The notes under the pieces are model-generated. The model did no database searches, was not told the origin of the DNA, and was given only the letters and a program-made list of their open reading frames with translations. Shown piece by piece: positions 39,161 to 48,467 of a DNA stretch of 64,000 nucleotides (position 1 is the first letter of the stretch; each line of letters starts with the position of its first letter). This DNA is from an uncultured delta proteobacterium (GTDB taxonomy: Bacteria > Myxococcota_A > Polyangia > Polyangiales > Polyangiaceae): contig CAWDXG010000004.1 in NCBI GenBank assembly GCA_963806225.1, forward strand, positions 4,448,001 to 4,512,000. Reading direction: 5' to 3'. The position numbers and the translations under genes are program-made.

Positions 39161-39533
39161 GACCGTCGACGCCGCCCCTTCGCTCGATCCCGGCCAGGTA
39201 CTGGGCAAGGCGGTGCTGCGCGCCGCGACAGAGCTGGGTCTGTCGACCAGGGAGCTCGCGCGGACGATCGGTACGAGCGCGGCATCGTTGTCGCGGCTCT
39301 CGCACGGGCAGCGCGTGCTCGATCCAGCGAGCAAGGAGGGCGAGCTGGCCCTGCTTGTGGTGCGGGTGTTCCGCAGCGTCGACGCGTTGCTCGGCGGCAG
39401 CGGCGAGGCAGTGCGCGCGTGGATGCGCGCGGCGAACACGCACCTGGGCGGGGTGCCCGCCGAGCGCATGCAGAGCGTAGAGGGGCTGGTCGAGGTGGCG
39501 GGATATCTCGATGCCATGCGCGGCAAGCTGTGA
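39159..39533 (+). CDS. Xre/MbcA/ParS antitoxin
   Basis: N-terminal HTH and a C-terminal W+xxxNxxLGGxP...GLxxVxxYLD motif. Confidence 0.9.
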   Translation: MTVDAAPSLDPGQVLGKAVLRAATELGLSTRELARTIGTSAASLSRLSHGQRVLDPASKEGELALLVVRVFRSVDALLGGSGEAVRAWMRAANTHLGGVPAERMQSVEGLVEVAGYLDAMRGKL

Positions 39534-39539
39534 GCGAAG

Positions 39540-40301
39540 ATGGCGGCTTCGCTGTGGAATAGGTGCGACGGCGCGTCGCACCTGCGCCGGCTCGAGACGC
39601 GCCCGTGGCGGGTCGTGGAATCGCAGTCGATGGTCTCCACGCGCAAGATTGTCGACTCGGTCGAGGAACAGGAGCTTATCGAACAGATGATCGACGGCGT
39701 GAAGCCACCGCTTCCGCCCTGGCCGCGGCTCTCGCGCCTGCACTATCTCCTGTACACGCCATTCCGGCATCCGCCGCTCCGGCATGGCTCGCGCTTCGGC
39801 ACGCGCTTCGAGTCGGGTATCTGGTACGGCTCGCGCCAGCTCCGGACGGCGTTTGCCGAGGTTGCGTACTATCGCCTGGTCTTCCTCGAGGGCACCGATG
39901 CGGATCTGGGTTCGATAACCGTGGTCTTGTCCGCGTTCCGGGCCCAGGTGCGCACGCGTCGGGCCGTGGATCTGACGCGCCCGCCGTTCGCGGCGCATGC
40001 GGACGCGATCCGCTCCAGAACCAGCTACCGGTCGTCCCAGGCGCTGGGGCGCGACATGCGCGCGGCGGGCGTCGAGGCGTTCGTCTACTCGTCCGCGCGC
40101 GATCCGGAGCACGGGGCAAATGTGGGGCTCCTCGTGCCCGTATTCTCCTCGGATGTGCCGACCGTCCCCGAGAGCTGGGTGTGCACGGCCGGCCGCAGCA
40201 GGGTCGAGCTGGTGAAGAAGGACGTGTTCAGGAGGCGGCAGTTCGTCTTCCAGCGCGACGCATTCGAGGTCGGCGGCCAGCTGCCCGCTCCTGCGGTGTG
40301 A
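39540..40301 (+). CDS. RES domain toxin (NAD+ phosphorylase family)
   Basis: WRVVE, TPFR.P...GSRF, AFAEVAYYR, YSSARD. Directly after the antitoxin. Confidence 0.9.
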   Translation: MAASLWNRCDGASHLRRLETRPWRVVESQSMVSTRKIVDSVEEQELIEQMIDGVKPPLPPWPRLSRLHYLLYTPFRHPPLRHGSRFGTRFESGIWYGSRQLRTAFAEVAYYRLVFLEGTDADLGSITVVLSAFRAQVRTRRAVDLTRPPFAAHADAIRSRTSYRSSQALGRDMRAAGVEAFVYSSARDPEHGANVGLLVPVFSSDVPTVPESWVCTAGRSRVELVKKDVFRRRQFVFQRDAFEVGGQLPAPAV

Positions 40302-40326
40302 GCTGCAAAGCGGTAGGGTAGCCGTT

Positions 40327-41265
40327 GTGCCGACGGACGGCCCCTTCCAGCGACTCCCCTTCGACGTGCTTCCGGCCGCGCCTCGCCGCTCCCACGTCTA
40401 CTTCCAGACCCGGGAGCGCACTCTGGAGATGAACTCCAGGCCCTTCGGACGGCTCCGCATCCGGCTGCGCGAGCACGGGGACGGGCCGCCGTTGTTGCTC
40501 GTGCACGGGCTCATGACCAGCGGCTACTCGTTCCGCTACGTCATGGAGCCGCTCGGACGACACTTCCACCTGTATGTCCCGGATCTGCCGGGCGCTGGTC
40601 GCAGCGACAAGCCAGATGCGGAGTACAGCGGCACGGCGCTTGCGACGTGGATCGGCGAGCTCGTCGACGCACTGGATATCCGCGGCACGGCAGCGGTCGG
40701 CAACTCGCTCGGGGGCTATCTGTGCATGCGCGCGGCGCTAGCCGACGCGGGGCTGCTCGGACGGCTTGTCGATTTGCACTCGCCCGGCGTTCCCGAGGCG
40801 CGTCTCTCCCTGCTTCACGGTGCCCTGGCCGTTCCCGGCGTACAGGCTGCTCTTTCGTGGTGGGTGCGGCGCAATCCGGAGCGTTGGGCGCATGCGAACG
40901 TGCACTATTTCGACGAGACCCTGAAGTCGCGTGAGGAAGCCCGCGAGTACGGGGCCGCTCTGGCCGATCCGGCGGGCGCGCGGGCGTTCGTCCGCTATCT
41001 GGCCGACGCCCTGGCACCCGCCGAGCTCCGGGACTTCGTCCGGCAGCTCCAGGCGCTGTCGTCCGCCGGAAGGGCGTTCCCGGTACCGCTGCTCATGATC
41101 TACGCCGAAACCGATCCCATGGTGCCACCCGGGGTCGGGCGGCGTCTGCACGCACTGCTGCCCGACACGGACCTCGTGTGGCTGGGACAGAGCTCGCATT
41201 TCTGCCACGTCGACACTCCGGAGCGCGTCGTCGAGCTCATCTCGAGCTTCATTGCTTCGGGCTGA
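40327..41265 (+). CDS. Alpha/beta fold hydrolase
   Basis: LLVHG, DLPGAG, GNSLGG nucleophile elbow, C-terminal His. Confidence 0.9.
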   Translation: MPTDGPFQRLPFDVLPAAPRRSHVYFQTRERTLEMNSRPFGRLRIRLREHGDGPPLLLVHGLMTSGYSFRYVMEPLGRHFHLYVPDLPGAGRSDKPDAEYSGTALATWIGELVDALDIRGTAAVGNSLGGYLCMRAALADAGLLGRLVDLHSPGVPEARLSLLHGALAVPGVQAALSWWVRRNPERWAHANVHYFDETLKSREEAREYGAALADPAGARAFVRYLADALAPAELRDFVRQLQALSSAGRAFPVPLLMIYAETDPMVPPGVGRRLHALLPDTDLVWLGQSSHFCHVDTPERVVELISSFIASG

Positions 41266-43201
41266 GCAAGGTGCGTTGCTTGCACAGGTCGCGGACAAGT
41301 CGCCGCATCTTGTGCAGGTCGAACGGCTTCTCGATGCGCGGGTTGGGCACCGTGGCGAGGAACTCCGCCGCGCGCGGCGTGAATGCGCCGCCGGTCATGA
41401 ACACGAGCGTCTTCTCCGCGCCCGGACGTTGGGTCGAGAGCTTTCGGTACAGATCCATGCCAGACATGCCGGGCATCAGGAGGTCGCATAGGACCACGTC
41501 GAAGCCCATTTCTCCCAGGAGCAGGTCCAGCGCTTCGCGTCCGCTTGTCGACAGCTGCACGTCGTATTCGTCGCCCAGCACGCGTCCGAGCATCGAAGCG
41601 ACGGGGAGCTCGTCGTCGATGACCAGCACCCGGGGGTGCCGCTCGCCGGGGATCGGTCTGGGCGGCGTGAGCGAGCGTCGCGGTTGATCGTCCTTCTTGT
41701 GATGCGCCGGCAGAACGACGCGGAACACCGTTCCGCTGCCGACGGCGCTGGCCACGTTGATCTCGCCGCCGAGTGCAGTGACGATGCTGTGACAGATAGG
41801 AAGCCCCAATCCCGTGCCGATGCCGATGGGCTTGGTCGTGAAGAACGGATCGAAGACCCGGTCGAGCAGCTCGCCCGGGATGCCTGCGCCCGTATCCCCG
41901 ATTTCTGCCACGACCTTTCCCGTGTCGTCGACCCCGAGCGAGACGCGGACGGTGTGTCGGTCCTTCTCGCCCTGGGGCACCGCCTGCGCCGCGTTGATGA
42001 GCAGATTCAAGAACACCTGCTCGAGCCGGGCGGCGTTGGCGTAGACCGTTGGAACGCCGTCCTCGAACTGCTCCACCAGCCGGGCGCGAGGAGCGATCTG
42101 GCTCTGGGCTACCTTGATGGCCGAGCTGAGCACCCGGCGCAGATCCACCGCGCTGCGTTCGTCTTCCTCTTTGGTGCCGGAAAATGCCCTGAGGTCCCGC
42201 ACGATGGTGCTGACCCGCTCCGCGCCGTGGCGGGCCTCGTCCAGGCGACCGATCAGATGCTGCAGGCGTTCCTCGTCGCCTTCGAAGCGCGGAAGCTCGC
42301 GGAGCAGGTACTGCAGATTCAAGAGCACGTAGGCCAGGGGGTTGTTGATCTCGTGCGCGACGCCCGCAGCGAGCGTACCAATGGCCGTGGTGCGATCCGC
42401 CTGGACCAGCTCGGTCTGGAGCTGACGGCGATTCTCGAGGTTGCGCACGAACGACAGCACCGCCGGCTCGCCGTCCCACTCGACGCGTAGGTCCACCACT
42501 TCCACCGCCACGAAATGACCGTCCCGGTGCCTGAGGCGGAGCTCTCCAGGCGGCAGTCGGTTGCCCGCCAGCGTCTCGCGGATACGCGTGTAGGCCTTGT
42601 CGACGTCGTCGTGGTGGATCCGGTCGTGGCTGGATAGCTTGGCCAGCTCGTCGAGATGGTCGTACCCCGCCAGCTTGAGCTGGGCGGGGTTGACGTAGAC
42701 AAGACCCTCCATGTTGACGACCACGACCGCGTCGGGAGCAGCTTCGACCAGTTGCCTGAAGCGCTGCTCGGACTGGCGCAGCGCCTGCTCGGCTCGTCGT
42801 CGCTCGGCCGTGTCGAAGAAGAAATTGACGGTAGCTGGCTGCCCGTCGAGCGTGGTGTCGCTGGCTGTGAGGCGGACGGGTATCGCTGTGCCGTTCTTGT
42901 GGATGAGCTCCGTCTCCAGTACGCGCGGGACGTTCTCGCCGCGGCGCAGGCGGCCCCGCCAGCGCCGGATTTCCGGTACCATTTCCGGGCGGAAGTGGGA
43001 GTAGACTGGGAGCCCCAGCATCTCCTCCCGGCTGTAGCCCAGCATGCTGGCGGCGGCCTCGCTGACGAACTCGCGGTGCCCGCCCGGACCGTCGGCCACG
43101 GCGACAACCAGACCTATCCGCGCCTGGGTCGCCGCCTGGAGGAGGGCTCTGGCAACCGCCTTCAGGGGCTCTCCGCCCGGTCTGGAGCCTGTCGGCGTCA
43201 T
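41249..43201 (-). CDS. PAS-PAS hybrid sensor histidine kinase
   Basis: AHEINNPL H-box, DPFFTTK, GTGLGL, C-terminal receiver domain. Confidence 0.92.
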   Translation of the reverse strand: MTPTGSRPGGEPLKAVARALLQAATQARIGLVVAVADGPGGHREFVSEAAASMLGYSREEMLGLPVYSHFRPEMVPEIRRWRGRLRRGENVPRVLETELIHKNGTAIPVRLTASDTTLDGQPATVNFFFDTAERRRAEQALRQSEQRFRQLVEAAPDAVVVVNMEGLVYVNPAQLKLAGYDHLDELAKLSSHDRIHHDDVDKAYTRIRETLAGNRLPPGELRLRHRDGHFVAVEVVDLRVEWDGEPAVLSFVRNLENRRQLQTELVQADRTTAIGTLAAGVAHEINNPLAYVLLNLQYLLRELPRFEGDEERLQHLIGRLDEARHGAERVSTIVRDLRAFSGTKEEDERSAVDLRRVLSSAIKVAQSQIAPRARLVEQFEDGVPTVYANAARLEQVFLNLLINAAQAVPQGEKDRHTVRVSLGVDDTGKVVAEIGDTGAGIPGELLDRVFDPFFTTKPIGIGTGLGLPICHSIVTALGGEINVASAVGSGTVFRVVLPAHHKKDDQPRRSLTPPRPIPGERHPRVLVIDDELPVASMLGRVLGDEYDVQLSTSGREALDLLLGEMGFDVVLCDLLMPGMSGMDLYRKLSTQRPGAEKTLVFMTGGAFTPRAAEFLATVPNPRIEKPFDLHKMRRLVRDLCKQRTLLSPKQ

Positions 43202-43253
43202 GCCACACTAGAATACTCTCGCCTCGCCCCGAGCTGGTGCTAGAAACGGGGCC

Positions 43254-43937
43254 GTGAAGCTGGCACAGGTCGCACAGCTGGTATTCATCGTCCTAGCGGC
43301 GTTTGCGGTCTACTCCTTTGTCTCGACCGCGCAGAGCGCCGAGCTCAGGCGTTTCTGCACGCCCTTGTGCGCGATGCAGCCGAACTACGCCGACGCCAAC
43401 CGCCTCGCCCCCGACTTCGAGCTCCCGTCCATCGACGGCAAGAACGTCAAGCTCTCGGACTACCGGGGCAAGGTCGTGATCCTCAACTTCTGGACCAAGA
43501 ACTGCGGGCCCTGCCTGCAGGAGATGCCGTCCCTCGCTTCCCTGGCGCAGGTGGTCAACCAGCGCAGCGACATGCGCGTCGTGACCGTGTCGACCGATTC
43601 GAGCGCTGCCGATGTGAAGGCCACGCTCAAGTCGGTCCTGGCCGGACCGCCGCCGTTCGACGTTCTCGTCGACTCCGACTCCGACGTGGTGGCCGGCAAG
43701 TTCGGGACCGATCTCTACCCGGAGACCTGGTACATCGACCCGAAGGGCGTCATCCGCGCGCGCTTCGACGGAGCACGCGACTGGAACACCGCGCTGCCGA
43801 TCGACCTGGCGAAGAGCTTCGAGGTCGAGAACAGCTGCAGCACGGGGCTCATGGATCCGGAGCCGTTGCGCTTCTCCCGCGGCCGGGCCATGGGCAAGCT
43901 CGCCGGCATCTGCCAGGACGTAGGGATCGCGAACTGA
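43254..43937 (+). CDS. TlpA/ResA-like thiol:disulfide oxidoreductase
   Basis: N-terminal anchor, APDFEL, LNFWTKNCGPC. Confidence 0.88.
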   Translation: MKLAQVAQLVFIVLAAFAVYSFVSTAQSAELRRFCTPLCAMQPNYADANRLAPDFELPSIDGKNVKLSDYRGKVVILNFWTKNCGPCLQEMPSLASLAQVVNQRSDMRVVTVSTDSSAADVKATLKSVLAGPPPFDVLVDSDSDVVAGKFGTDLYPETWYIDPKGVIRARFDGARDWNTALPIDLAKSFEVENSCSTGLMDPEPLRFSRGRAMGKLAGICQDVGIAN

Positions 43938-43943
43938 CGCTGC

Positions 43944-44660
43944 TCAGGGCGAGCACGCCTTGAAGGTCGGCAGGAGCTGGCTGTCGACGCACTTCCCGCC
44001 GTTCGTGCAAGCGTCCGGGTGGTTGCCGCAGAAGATGCGCTCGTTCGACTGGCTGCACTGGCTCTGGCACTCGACGTGGCCGTAGAAGTGGTACTGCCCG
44101 TACTGCTGGATCGTGCCGCAGCAGAACTGACCCGGGCAATCCTCGGGGCCATCGCACTTGATAGGGGCGGAAAGCGTCGGACATCCGCCGGGTGAGCAGG
44201 AGTAGCCCTGTTGCGAGGCGCAGCACGACCCGCCCTGCGACACGTCGCACGGGCTGCCGCTACAGGAAACCACACCTGCGCCGGAGGTGTTGCCGCCGCC
44301 GCTCCCGCCGTTGCCGCCGGTATTGCCGCCGCCGGTGCCGCTAGCGCCGGTGCCTCCGGTGTTGCCTCCGCCGCTGCCGGCATTGCCGCCGGTGTTGCCA
44401 CCGCCGCTGCCGCCACTGCTCCCGCCCGTGCCGGTGGCTCCGGTTCCACCGGTGCTGCCGCCCGTGCCGGTGGCGCCGCTGCCGCCCGTGCCGGTGGCGC
44501 CGCTGCCGCCCGTGCCGCTGCCGCCCGTGCCGCTGCCGCCCGTGCCGGTCTTCTGGCCGCCACCACCGTTCAGCAGGTCACCATTGTTGCTGCCGCCGCA
44601 GCCGACCGTCAGGCCGAGACCAAGTGCTAGAAATGCGAGAAGCGCATGGCGGGGGTTCAT
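43944..44660 (-). CDS. Gly/Thr-rich lipoprotein with a Cys-rich C-terminal domain
   Basis: Lipobox TVGC, TGGSG repeats, CDGPEDC motif. Confidence 0.75.
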   Translation of the reverse strand: MNPRHALLAFLALGLGLTVGCGGSNNGDLLNGGGGQKTGTGGSGTGGSGTGGSGATGTGGSGATGTGGSTGGTGATGTGGSSGGSGGGNTGGNAGSGGGNTGGTGASGTGGGNTGGNGGSGGGNTSGAGVVSCSGSPCDVSQGGSCCASQQGYSCSPGGCPTLSAPIKCDGPEDCPGQFCCGTIQQYGQYHFYGHVECQSQCSQSNERIFCGNHPDACTNGGKCVDSQLLPTFKACSP

Positions 44661-44866
44661 CCGTGCCTCCGTGAAGCTGGCAAGTGGCGCGCTACGAGCG
44701 CGCTCGAAACCTAGCTCGTCGCGGCGCGCGCGGCCAGGGATGTCCGGGTGCTATCGGGCCCAGTTCCGGGCCTACTTCTGTCGCGAAAACGGAAGTTTCC
44801 GGTGTGGTTGGCCGCGCCGCCGTCAGAGGCTCCGGCGCCGGACCGGACGTGGTAGTCCAGTGAGCG

Positions 44867-45130
44867 GTGAAAACGCTGGTCTGCCGCTGCGAGGACGTGA
44901 CGCTTCACGAGCTCGAGCACGCCATCGAGCTCGGGCATCGCGACATAGAGTCCATCAAGCGCTACACGGGTTTCGGCACGGGCTGGTGCCAGGGCAAGTC
45001 GTGCCTGGCTCTGTGCGCCAGACTGCTCGCGGAACGTGGCGGCGATCCCGGCAAGGGCATCACCCCTCGGCCGCCCTTTCATCCCACGCCTATCGCTGAT
45101 CTGGCTGCGCTCGACCCCGACTGGGAGTAG
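44867..45130 (+). CDS. BFD-like [2Fe-2S]-binding protein
   Basis: CRCEDVT...[10 protein letters not shown]...TPRPP. Confidence 0.8.
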   Translation: MKTLVCRCEDVTLHELEHAIELGHRDIESIKRYTGFGTGWCQGKSCLALCARLLAERGGDPGKGITPRPPFHPTPIADLAALDPDWE

Positions 45131-45140
45131 CGCCTGCCGT

Positions 45141-45503
45141 CTATTCTCCCTCGTACTCGCAGCGCGCGTCGCACGTTTCGTGGACGGTGATGCGCGAGAG
45201 CTGGGGTAGCTGGGGGCGGATCTTCTCCCAGAGCCAGCGGGCGAGGTTTTCGCTGGTCGGGTTGTCGAGCCCCTCCACCTCGTTGAGGTAGCGGTGGTCG
45301 AGCGCGTCGTAGAGCGGCGCCCAGATCCCGTCGATCTCGCCGTAGTCGATGAACCAGCCGGTTTCTGGATCGACGGGTCCCGAGACGGTGAGCTCGATCT
45401 TGAAGCTGTGTCCGTGCAGTCGCTCGCACTTGTGCCCGGGAGGGACTTTCGGCAGGCGATGCGCCGCTTCAAAGCGGTATTCCTTCACCAGACGTACGTT
45501 CAC
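45141..45503 (-). CDS. queD: 6-carboxy-5,6,7,8-tetrahydropterin synthase
   Basis: FEAAHRL, CERLHGHS, LDHRYLN, NPTSENLA. Confidence 0.93.
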   Translation of the reverse strand: MNVRLVKEYRFEAAHRLPKVPPGHKCERLHGHSFKIELTVSGPVDPETGWFIDYGEIDGIWAPLYDALDHRYLNEVEGLDNPTSENLARWLWEKIRPQLPQLSRITVHETCDARCEYEGE

Positions 45504-45556
45504 GCCGACAAGCGTAGTGCAGGGCCGCTGCTTCGACCAGCGTGTGGCTCCGCGGG

Positions 45557-47170
45557 TCAGCTCCTGGCCGGCGCCGGAAGCAGCACGCCGGGGTTCAGCA
45601 CGCCCGCCGGATCGAGCGCGCGCTTGGCAGCGCCGAGTGCGGCGGCGAAGCCTTCCGGTCGCTGGCGGTCGTACCAGGGACGGAAGTCGCGCCCGACCGC
45701 GTGGTGGTGCGTCACCGTGCCGCCGTGGTCGAGCATCGAGTCGGTGATCGCGCCCTTGATGGTGTTCCACTGCTCGAGCTCCGCCCCGCGGCGCGCCGGC
45801 GTGATCACGGTGAAATAGGGCGCTGCGCCGTCCGGGTACGCGTGCGTGATGCGGCAGGTGACGATCGACGCGCCCCCCGTCGCGTTCGCGGCCTCGCGTG
45901 CAGCCGCGCCGACGGCCGTGTACAGCTCATCGAAGCGATCCCACGTCGTCGCGGTCTCGAAGGTCTCGACGAACACGCCGAGTGCGACCAGCTCGTCGCG
46001 CAGATAGGGCGCGCGGATGAACGCCTGGCGCCAGGCTGCGCTCGCGCCTTCGCGCAGTGTGCCTTCGTCGCTCTTCACGCGGATCGCACTGTCCGGCACT
46101 TCGCCGCCGAGATCCCGCACGAGCTCCGCCGCGCGACCTATCCACGCGTCCAGCGGGTGGTCGTCGGATTCGAAACCGACGATGAGCACCGCCTGGTCCC
46201 CGCCGCCCGCTCCATTGAGCATCGCTTCGATCGGATCGAGCAGCCGGCAGTTCGCGGGATACAGCCCCGCCTGCGCGATGCGCCGGACCGCGCGCGCCCC
46301 CGCCAGGAAATCAGGGAATCCAGCGCTGAACGAGGCGCGGAAGCGGGGCCGCGTGAACACCTTCATCCAGGCCTCGGTGATCACGCCGAGGATGCCCTCG
46401 GAGCCGATGAACAGCCGATCCGGGCTCGGCCCTGCGCCGGAGCCGGGCAGCCGTCGCGACTCGACGATGCCGTGCGGCGTGACCACGCGCAGCCCCTCGA
46501 CCAGCTCGTCGATGTGGGTGAAGAGCGTCGCGAAGTGTCCGCCCGAGCGCGTCGCGATCCAGCCGCCGAGCGTCGAGAACTCGAACGACTGCGGATAGTG
46601 CCTCAGGCTCAACCCCTCGGCGCGGAGCTGCTCTTCCAGCACCGGGCCCAGCGCGCCGGCCTGGATGCGTGCGGCGCGCGAGACGGGGTCGATTTCCAGC
46701 ACGCGATCGAGCTTCGTCAAGTCGATAGACAGCGTGCCCTTGTAGTCGCCGCCGACTACCGGCTCCACGCCACCGCAGACGCTCGAGCCGCCGCCGAACG
46801 GGATCGCTGCGACTCGCGCATCGTTGCACCAATCGAGCAGCGCGACGATGTCCGCCTCTGTCTCCGGAAAGGCGACGAGATCGGGAGGGTTTTCGAAATC
46901 GCGCGCGAAGGCGCGCACCAGATCGCGGTACGACTTGCCGTAGCTGTGCGACGCACGATCGAACGGCGCGACGCTGGTCTTCGACGCGATCGCATCCGGC
47001 GCCTTCACGCGCGGCGCACGCAGCTCGACTTCGTCGAGGGTCGGCGCCGGACGGCGCTCGACGTGCTCCATGCCGAGCATCGGCCCGAGCGCGGCGCGCA
47101 CGCCGGCGAGCTGCGCCTCGTCGGGCCCTTCGTGCTCGTAGCCCCAGCCCCAGAAGCGGCGTTTCTGCAT
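45557..47170 (-). CDS. FAD-linked oxidoreductase (alkyl-DHAP synthase-like)
   Basis: PFGGGSSV, HYPQSFEFSTLGGW, THHHAVG. Confidence 0.85.
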   Translation of the reverse strand: MQKRRFWGWGYEHEGPDEAQLAGVRAALGPMLGMEHVERRPAPTLDEVELRAPRVKAPDAIASKTSVAPFDRASHSYGKSYRDLVRAFARDFENPPDLVAFPETEADIVALLDWCNDARVAAIPFGGGSSVCGGVEPVVGGDYKGTLSIDLTKLDRVLEIDPVSRAARIQAGALGPVLEEQLRAEGLSLRHYPQSFEFSTLGGWIATRSGGHFATLFTHIDELVEGLRVVTPHGIVESRRLPGSGAGPSPDRLFIGSEGILGVITEAWMKVFTRPRFRASFSAGFPDFLAGARAVRRIAQAGLYPANCRLLDPIEAMLNGAGGGDQAVLIVGFESDDHPLDAWIGRAAELVRDLGGEVPDSAIRVKSDEGTLREGASAAWRQAFIRAPYLRDELVALGVFVETFETATTWDRFDELYTAVGAAAREAANATGGASIVTCRITHAYPDGAAPYFTVITPARRGAELEQWNTIKGAITDSMLDHGGTVTHHHAVGRDFRPWYDRQRPEGFAAALGAAKRALDPAGVLNPGVLLPAPARS

Positions 47171-47192
47171 GCGGGGAGCGTACTCCCCGACG

Positions 47193-48458
47193 TCAGCCGT
47201 TGCAGGAGAAGAGCGCCCAGCCGCCGCGGGTGCCCTTTCCGGCGAACACGACGGCGACGGTGCTGCCCGCGGCGGCGATGGCGAGGTGCTCGAGGTCCAA
47301 AAGGGGCTCGGCTCCGATCTGGCCGCTGAACTTCTGCACGGCTTCCAGGTTGGTCGCGGGCGTGCCGGTCGCGTTGTCCATGCGATACAGAGTCAGGCTG
47401 TTGCCGTTCACCCCCGCCGCGATCAAGCGGCTACCGAGCGCCGCAATGTCCCCGAGGGAGAAGATCGTTCCCTTGAAGGTGCCGCTGGCGACCGCCGCCT
47501 TGGAGCTGTCGGCGAACAGCCGGTACTGCATGCCGATGGCCGACGGGAGCACCACCGCCACGCGGCTTCCGAGGGCGGCGACAGCGCCCCACGGCTGGAC
47601 CCCGAGCTGCTTCTGGGTGCCGGCTCCCGCATCGGCGTCGGGCGCTCCGATCTCGAGGAGTTCCGAACCCGTCGTGAGATGGCCGAGGATCCCGCGCACG
47701 CTCCCGGACGTTGCGATCGCCGCGTTGTCCGCATCCAGAGCGCCGAACAACGCGGTGACGGTGCCATCGAACTGGTCCCCCGTCAGGGTCGCGAGCTGGG
47801 CGCCGGACGCGAGCGACGTCGTCATCGGGTAGGCGAAGGCGTACCTGTCCACTCCCAGGGGCGCGAGCGCATGCGGCCCGACCGTGATCGCGGAAGCGTC
47901 CGGGTTCCGGGCCGTCTTCGGCGAGGCCGGGCTGCCGCCGGCAGACAGCCGGAAGAACATCGCCCCGGCCCCGCCGCCCCCGCAGTTGCCCACGGCGAAA
48001 GCCGCCAGGCCGGCGGAGCCGGTCGTGTCGAAGCTCACCGCCGCCCCCCTGGATGGGGCTGGACCGGGACAGCCGGGCGCGTCGATCTGGACCACGTTGC
48101 CGATCTGTCCGCTGGCGGAGAGATTGGCCAGGGCGTTGTCGTAGAGAGCGACGCCTGGCTCGATCTCGACGTACGCGATGGTGAAGCCCTTCGCCGAAGC
48201 CGCGACGGCGACGCTGTCCACCGTCCGCTGAGCTCGACGCGGCAGTGCACCCGAGGCGACCAACGACAGATCGCAGGGACCAGCCGGAGTCGTGCCGCCG
48301 GTCGCGCCGCTGCCACTGCCGCCGCCCGTGCTCGTTCCCCCGCTCGCCGTGGCGCCGCTTCCTCCACCGCCGCCGCCGGATCGTTCGACGACTCCACCGC
48401 ACGCCCCGACCACCAGAACGAGCGTGGCGGCGAGCCCGGACCATGACTTCATGCGCAT
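47193..48458 (-). CDS. Hypothetical lipoprotein
   Basis: Lipobox VGAC, Gly linker, beta-rich body. Confidence 0.65.
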   Translation of the reverse strand: MRMKSWSGLAATLVLVVGACGGVVERSGGGGGGSGATASGGTSTGGGSGSGATGGTTPAGPCDLSLVASGALPRRAQRTVDSVAVAASAKGFTIAYVEIEPGVALYDNALANLSASGQIGNVVQIDAPGCPGPAPSRGAAVSFDTTGSAGLAAFAVGNCGGGGAGAMFFRLSAGGSPASPKTARNPDASAITVGPHALAPLGVDRYAFAYPMTTSLASGAQLATLTGDQFDGTVTALFGALDADNAAIATSGSVRGILGHLTTGSELLEIGAPDADAGAGTQKQLGVQPWGAVAALGSRVAVVLPSAIGMQYRLFADSSKAAVASGTFKGTIFSLGDIAALGSRLIAAGVNGNSLTLYRMDNATGTPATNLEAVQKFSGQIGAEPLLDLEHLAIAAAGSTVAVVFAGKGTRGGWALFSCNG

Positions 48459-48467
48459 GTGGCCATT

